Below are positions 61,562 to 64,000 of a stretch of DNA of 64,000 nt, one piece after another. Positions within the stretch are counted from its first letter, which is position 1; every line of letters begins with the position of its first letter. The stretch comes from Burkholderiales bacterium (GTDB lineage: Bacteria; Pseudomonadota; Gammaproteobacteria; Burkholderiales; Burkholderiaceae_D): positions 20,247 to 84,246 of the forward strand of contig JBBQZO010000005.1 of the NCBI GenBank assembly GCA_038207625.1, read 5' to 3'. A program made the translations under genes and the position numbers. The notes below the pieces were generated by a model. That model was not told the DNA's origin. It saw nothing but the letters and a program-made list of their open reading frames with translations, and did no database searches.

Positions 61562-63039
61562 GGACGCTCCGGGGCATGAGATTGTGTGGGCGACAGCGCG
61601 GGAGCGAGCGGGTCGGGCGTCATACGCCAGCCGCCACCGAGCGCCTTAACCAGCCGGACATGATCGGCGCTGACGTCGACGGTGGCGCTGACCAGGCTAT
61701 CTTGCGTGTTCAATTGAGTACGTTGGGTATCGAGGACGGTTTGGAAATCCACCACACCGCTGGTGAAACGCTGACGCGCCATGCGCGCCGCTGCGGTGCC
61801 GGCATCGGCGGCCTCGTGCAGGCGCAGCAGGCGCGCGTTATCGCCGCGCAGCGCGATCAGGGCATCCTCCACCTCTTGCAGCGCGCCCAGCACGCTGGCC
61901 TGATACGCGGCGCGGCTCTGCTCTAACGCCGCCTGTTGCGCGCGCACCTGGGCGCGCCGGGCGCCCCCGTCCACCAGCGGCGCCGTGGCCTGCGCCATCA
62001 GCGTGCTGGCCAAGCTGCCGCCAGCGCCGAGCGCACCGACCGTCAGCGCGCTCAGACCGAGCGAGCCGCTCAGCTGAAAATTGGGCAGGCGCGCCGCCTG
62101 CGCGGCATCGACCCGCGCGCTGGCCGCCGTCAGCTGATATTCTGCGGCGCGCACGTCGGGACGCTGGCGCAAGGTCTCGGCCGGAATCTCCAGCGCCAGC
62201 GCGGCGCGCGCGCGCGGCACCGGCGCCACGTCGCTGAGCCGGTTCGACAGCGCCGCCGGCGCCTGGCCGCACAGCACGGCGAGCGCGTGGCTGCTCTGCG
62301 CGATGGCGCTTTGCAACGACGGCAACTGCGCGCCGGTCTGCTCGGCGGCCGCGCGCGCCTGCTCAACTTCGAGCGCGCTCAACAAGCCGGCCTGATTGCG
62401 CCAGCGCGTGATCTGCCATGTCTCGTTTTGAATTGCCAGGTTGTCGCGCGCAATCGCCAGGCGCGCCTGGCCGCCGCGCAGCGTCAGATAGGCCAGCACC
62501 ACCTCGGCCGCGATCGATACCTGCGTGCCGCCCAGGCCGGCCGCGCTGGCTTGCTCGGCGGCGACGCTGGCGCCCAGCGCACTGCGGTTGGCGCCGAACA
62601 GGTCCAGCTCCCAGCCGGCGTCGAGCCCGAGCGCGACGCGCTTGGCGGCGCCGTTGCCGCCCGTGGTGTGCTGCGCCGAGGCCGCGCCGGACAGGCGCGG
62701 CCACAGCTGCGCGCCGGCCACCTCGCGCAAGGCGCGCGCCTGCTGCAAGGCGGCACGCGCCGAACGGATGCTGGTGTTGGCACGCAAAGCCTGTTCGACC
62801 AGCTCATTGAGCAATGCATCATCGAACCCTGACCACCATTGCTGCAAGGAGCTTGTCGGCTGCCCGGGCGCGCCAGCCGGTATCGACCATGCGGGCGGCA
62901 CCGCGACGCCGCTGCTCAGCGGCGGCGGCGCCGGCTGGCTGGCGCATCCGCACAAGCTCAGCAACATCGCGCCGACCAGCCGCCGCGAAGCGGGTATCGA
63001 CAGCACGGCTTCGGACTGGTCACGAACAGATCTGGGCAT
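61558..63039 (-). CDS. efflux outer-membrane factor lipoprotein (NodT family)
   Basis: 493-aa ORF with lipobox-like LSLCGC. Alternative start at MLLSLCG (62970). Confidence 0.8.
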   Translation of the reverse strand: MPRSVRDQSEAVLSIPASRRLVGAMLLSLCGCASQPAPPPLSSGVAVPPAWSIPAGAPGQPTSSLQQWWSGFDDALLNELVEQALRANTSIRSARAALQQARALREVAGAQLWPRLSGAASAQHTTGGNGAAKRVALGLDAGWELDLFGANRSALGASVAAEQASAAGLGGTQVSIAAEVVLAYLTLRGGQARLAIARDNLAIQNETWQITRWRNQAGLLSALEVEQARAAAEQTGAQLPSLQSAIAQSSHALAVLCGQAPAALSNRLSDVAPVPRARAALALEIPAETLRQRPDVRAAEYQLTAASARVDAAQAARLPNFQLSGSLGLSALTVGALGAGGSLASTLMAQATAPLVDGGARRAQVRAQQAALEQSRAAYQASVLGALQEVEDALIALRGDNARLLRLHEAADAGTAAARMARQRFTSGVVDFQTVLDTQRTQLNTQDSLVSATVDVSADHVRLVKALGGGWRMTPDPLAPALSPTQSHAPERP

Positions 63040-63267
63040 GCATGTCCTGCTTGGAATGGGAAGTACAATCGGATCGAGGTCCCACGCCGGCTCAGCGGGC
63101 GGGCCACAACACCGGGCCGCTCGGGTGAGCGCCGCGGTCCATCAAGGCTAGTGCACATCGAATGCAAAATCCATGCGCCAGATCAAGTGTCAACCCTTGA
63201 TTGCGAGCCGATAGCCGGTGCCGAGGCGCGCGCCGCTGCGAGTGGCAGGGCGGCACGCCAGTGAAAT

Positions 63268-64000
63268 CTAGCGTCGGCCGATGGCGACGTATTCGATGCC
63301 GTGGCTACGCACTTGCGATGGGGTGTACAGATTGCGCCCGTCGAAAATAATCGGCGTGGCCAGCGCGGCCTTGACATCATCAAAATTCGGCACGCGGAAC
63401 TCCTTCCACTCGGTAACAATCACCAGCGCGTCGGCGCCGTTCAGGGCGCTCATCGGCGAGTCGGCGTAACTGAGGCGCGGATCGTCGCCAAAAATGCGGC
63501 GCGCTTCGTTCATCGCCACCGGATCGTAGGCGGTCACGCGCGCGCCCATCTCCCACAGCCCCTGGATCACCACCCGGCTCGACGCGGCGCGCATGTCGTC
63601 GGTGTTGGGCTTGAACGCCAGCCCCCACAGCGCGAAGTTCTTGCCATTCAAATTGCTGCCAAAGCGCGCGCGTATCTTGTGCAGCAGCAGATGCTTCTGG
63701 TCCTCGTTGGCCTCCTCCACCGCGCGCAGCACTTTCAAGCCCGCGTCGTTGTCGTCGGCGGTGCGGATCAGCGCCTGCACGTCTTTCGGGAAGCACGAAC
63801 CGCCGTAGCCACAGCCCGGATACAGGAAGTGAAAACCGATGCGCGGGTCCGAGCCGATGCCGATGCGGATCTGCTCGATATCGGCGCCGAGCTTGTCGGC
63901 CAGGTTGGCCAGTTCGTTCATGAACGAGATGCGCGTTGCCAGCATCGCATTGGCGGCATACTTGGTCAGCTCGGCCGAACGCACGTCCATCACGATCACC
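63268..64000 (-). CDS. ugd: UDP-glucose 6-dehydrogenase, C-terminal part (5' end beyond window)
   Basis: 'GGSCFPKD' catalytic Cys motif and UDP-binding C-domain. The ORF is open to the window end. Confidence 0.85.
   Translation of the reverse strand, partial: VIVMDVRSAELTKYAANAMLATRISFMNELANLADKLGADIEQIRIGIGSDPRIGFHFLYPGCGYGGSCFPKDVQALIRTADDNDAGLKVLRAVEEANEDQKHLLLHKIRARFGSNLNGKNFALWGLAFKPNTDDMRAASSRVVIQGLWEMGARVTAYDPVAMNEARRIFGDDPRLSYADSPMSALNGADALVIVTEWKEFRVPNFDDVKAALATPIIFDGRNLYTPSQVRSHGIEYVAIGRR

Overview
High-GC (about 65-70%) chromosomal segment of betaproteobacterial type. Gene content suggests an Oxalobacteraceae-like organism, but that is inference only. Genes are densely packed on both strands. 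Many long ORFs in the track are GC-driven antisense shadows of real genes and were discarded.

The gene order runs as follows.
- Housekeeping and stress genes: the 3' end of glnS, an orphan CHASE-type sensor histidine kinase, sbcB, pyrF, a TehA-like transporter, a LemA-TPM-TPM operon, ohrR-ohr with its operator, a cNMP-gated GGDEF protein, and several peptidases (M20, S9, M14).
- A cusCBA (Cu/Ag RND efflux) operon with a DUF2946 gene. It is bounded on one side by an unusual ~300-bp mirrored array of a 16-20 bp motif and on the other by an AT-rich islet carrying a hicAB toxin-antitoxin pair.
- An efflux-dense 3' third: mdtABC plus an outer membrane factor, an ABC-2 exporter, and macAB plus an outer membrane factor.

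The most unusual locus is at 2.7-5.5 kb. Two tandem paralogous genes each encode a conserved His-rich N-terminal domain fused to tandem 'AYCG(A)xxxx' nonapeptide repeats. The domain resembles DUF1399/GRDP through the motifs 'D-x-x-W-H-x-H-x-L ... Y..DC' and 'HHFPY'. The second copy has ten near-perfect 27-bp DNA repeats; the first has about four degenerate ones. A Cro/YdaS-like HTH gene and several small unknown ORFs lie beside them in lower-GC DNA. This architecture resembles multi-core RiPP precursors or plant glycine-rich domain proteins. I cannot match it to any described bacterial system.
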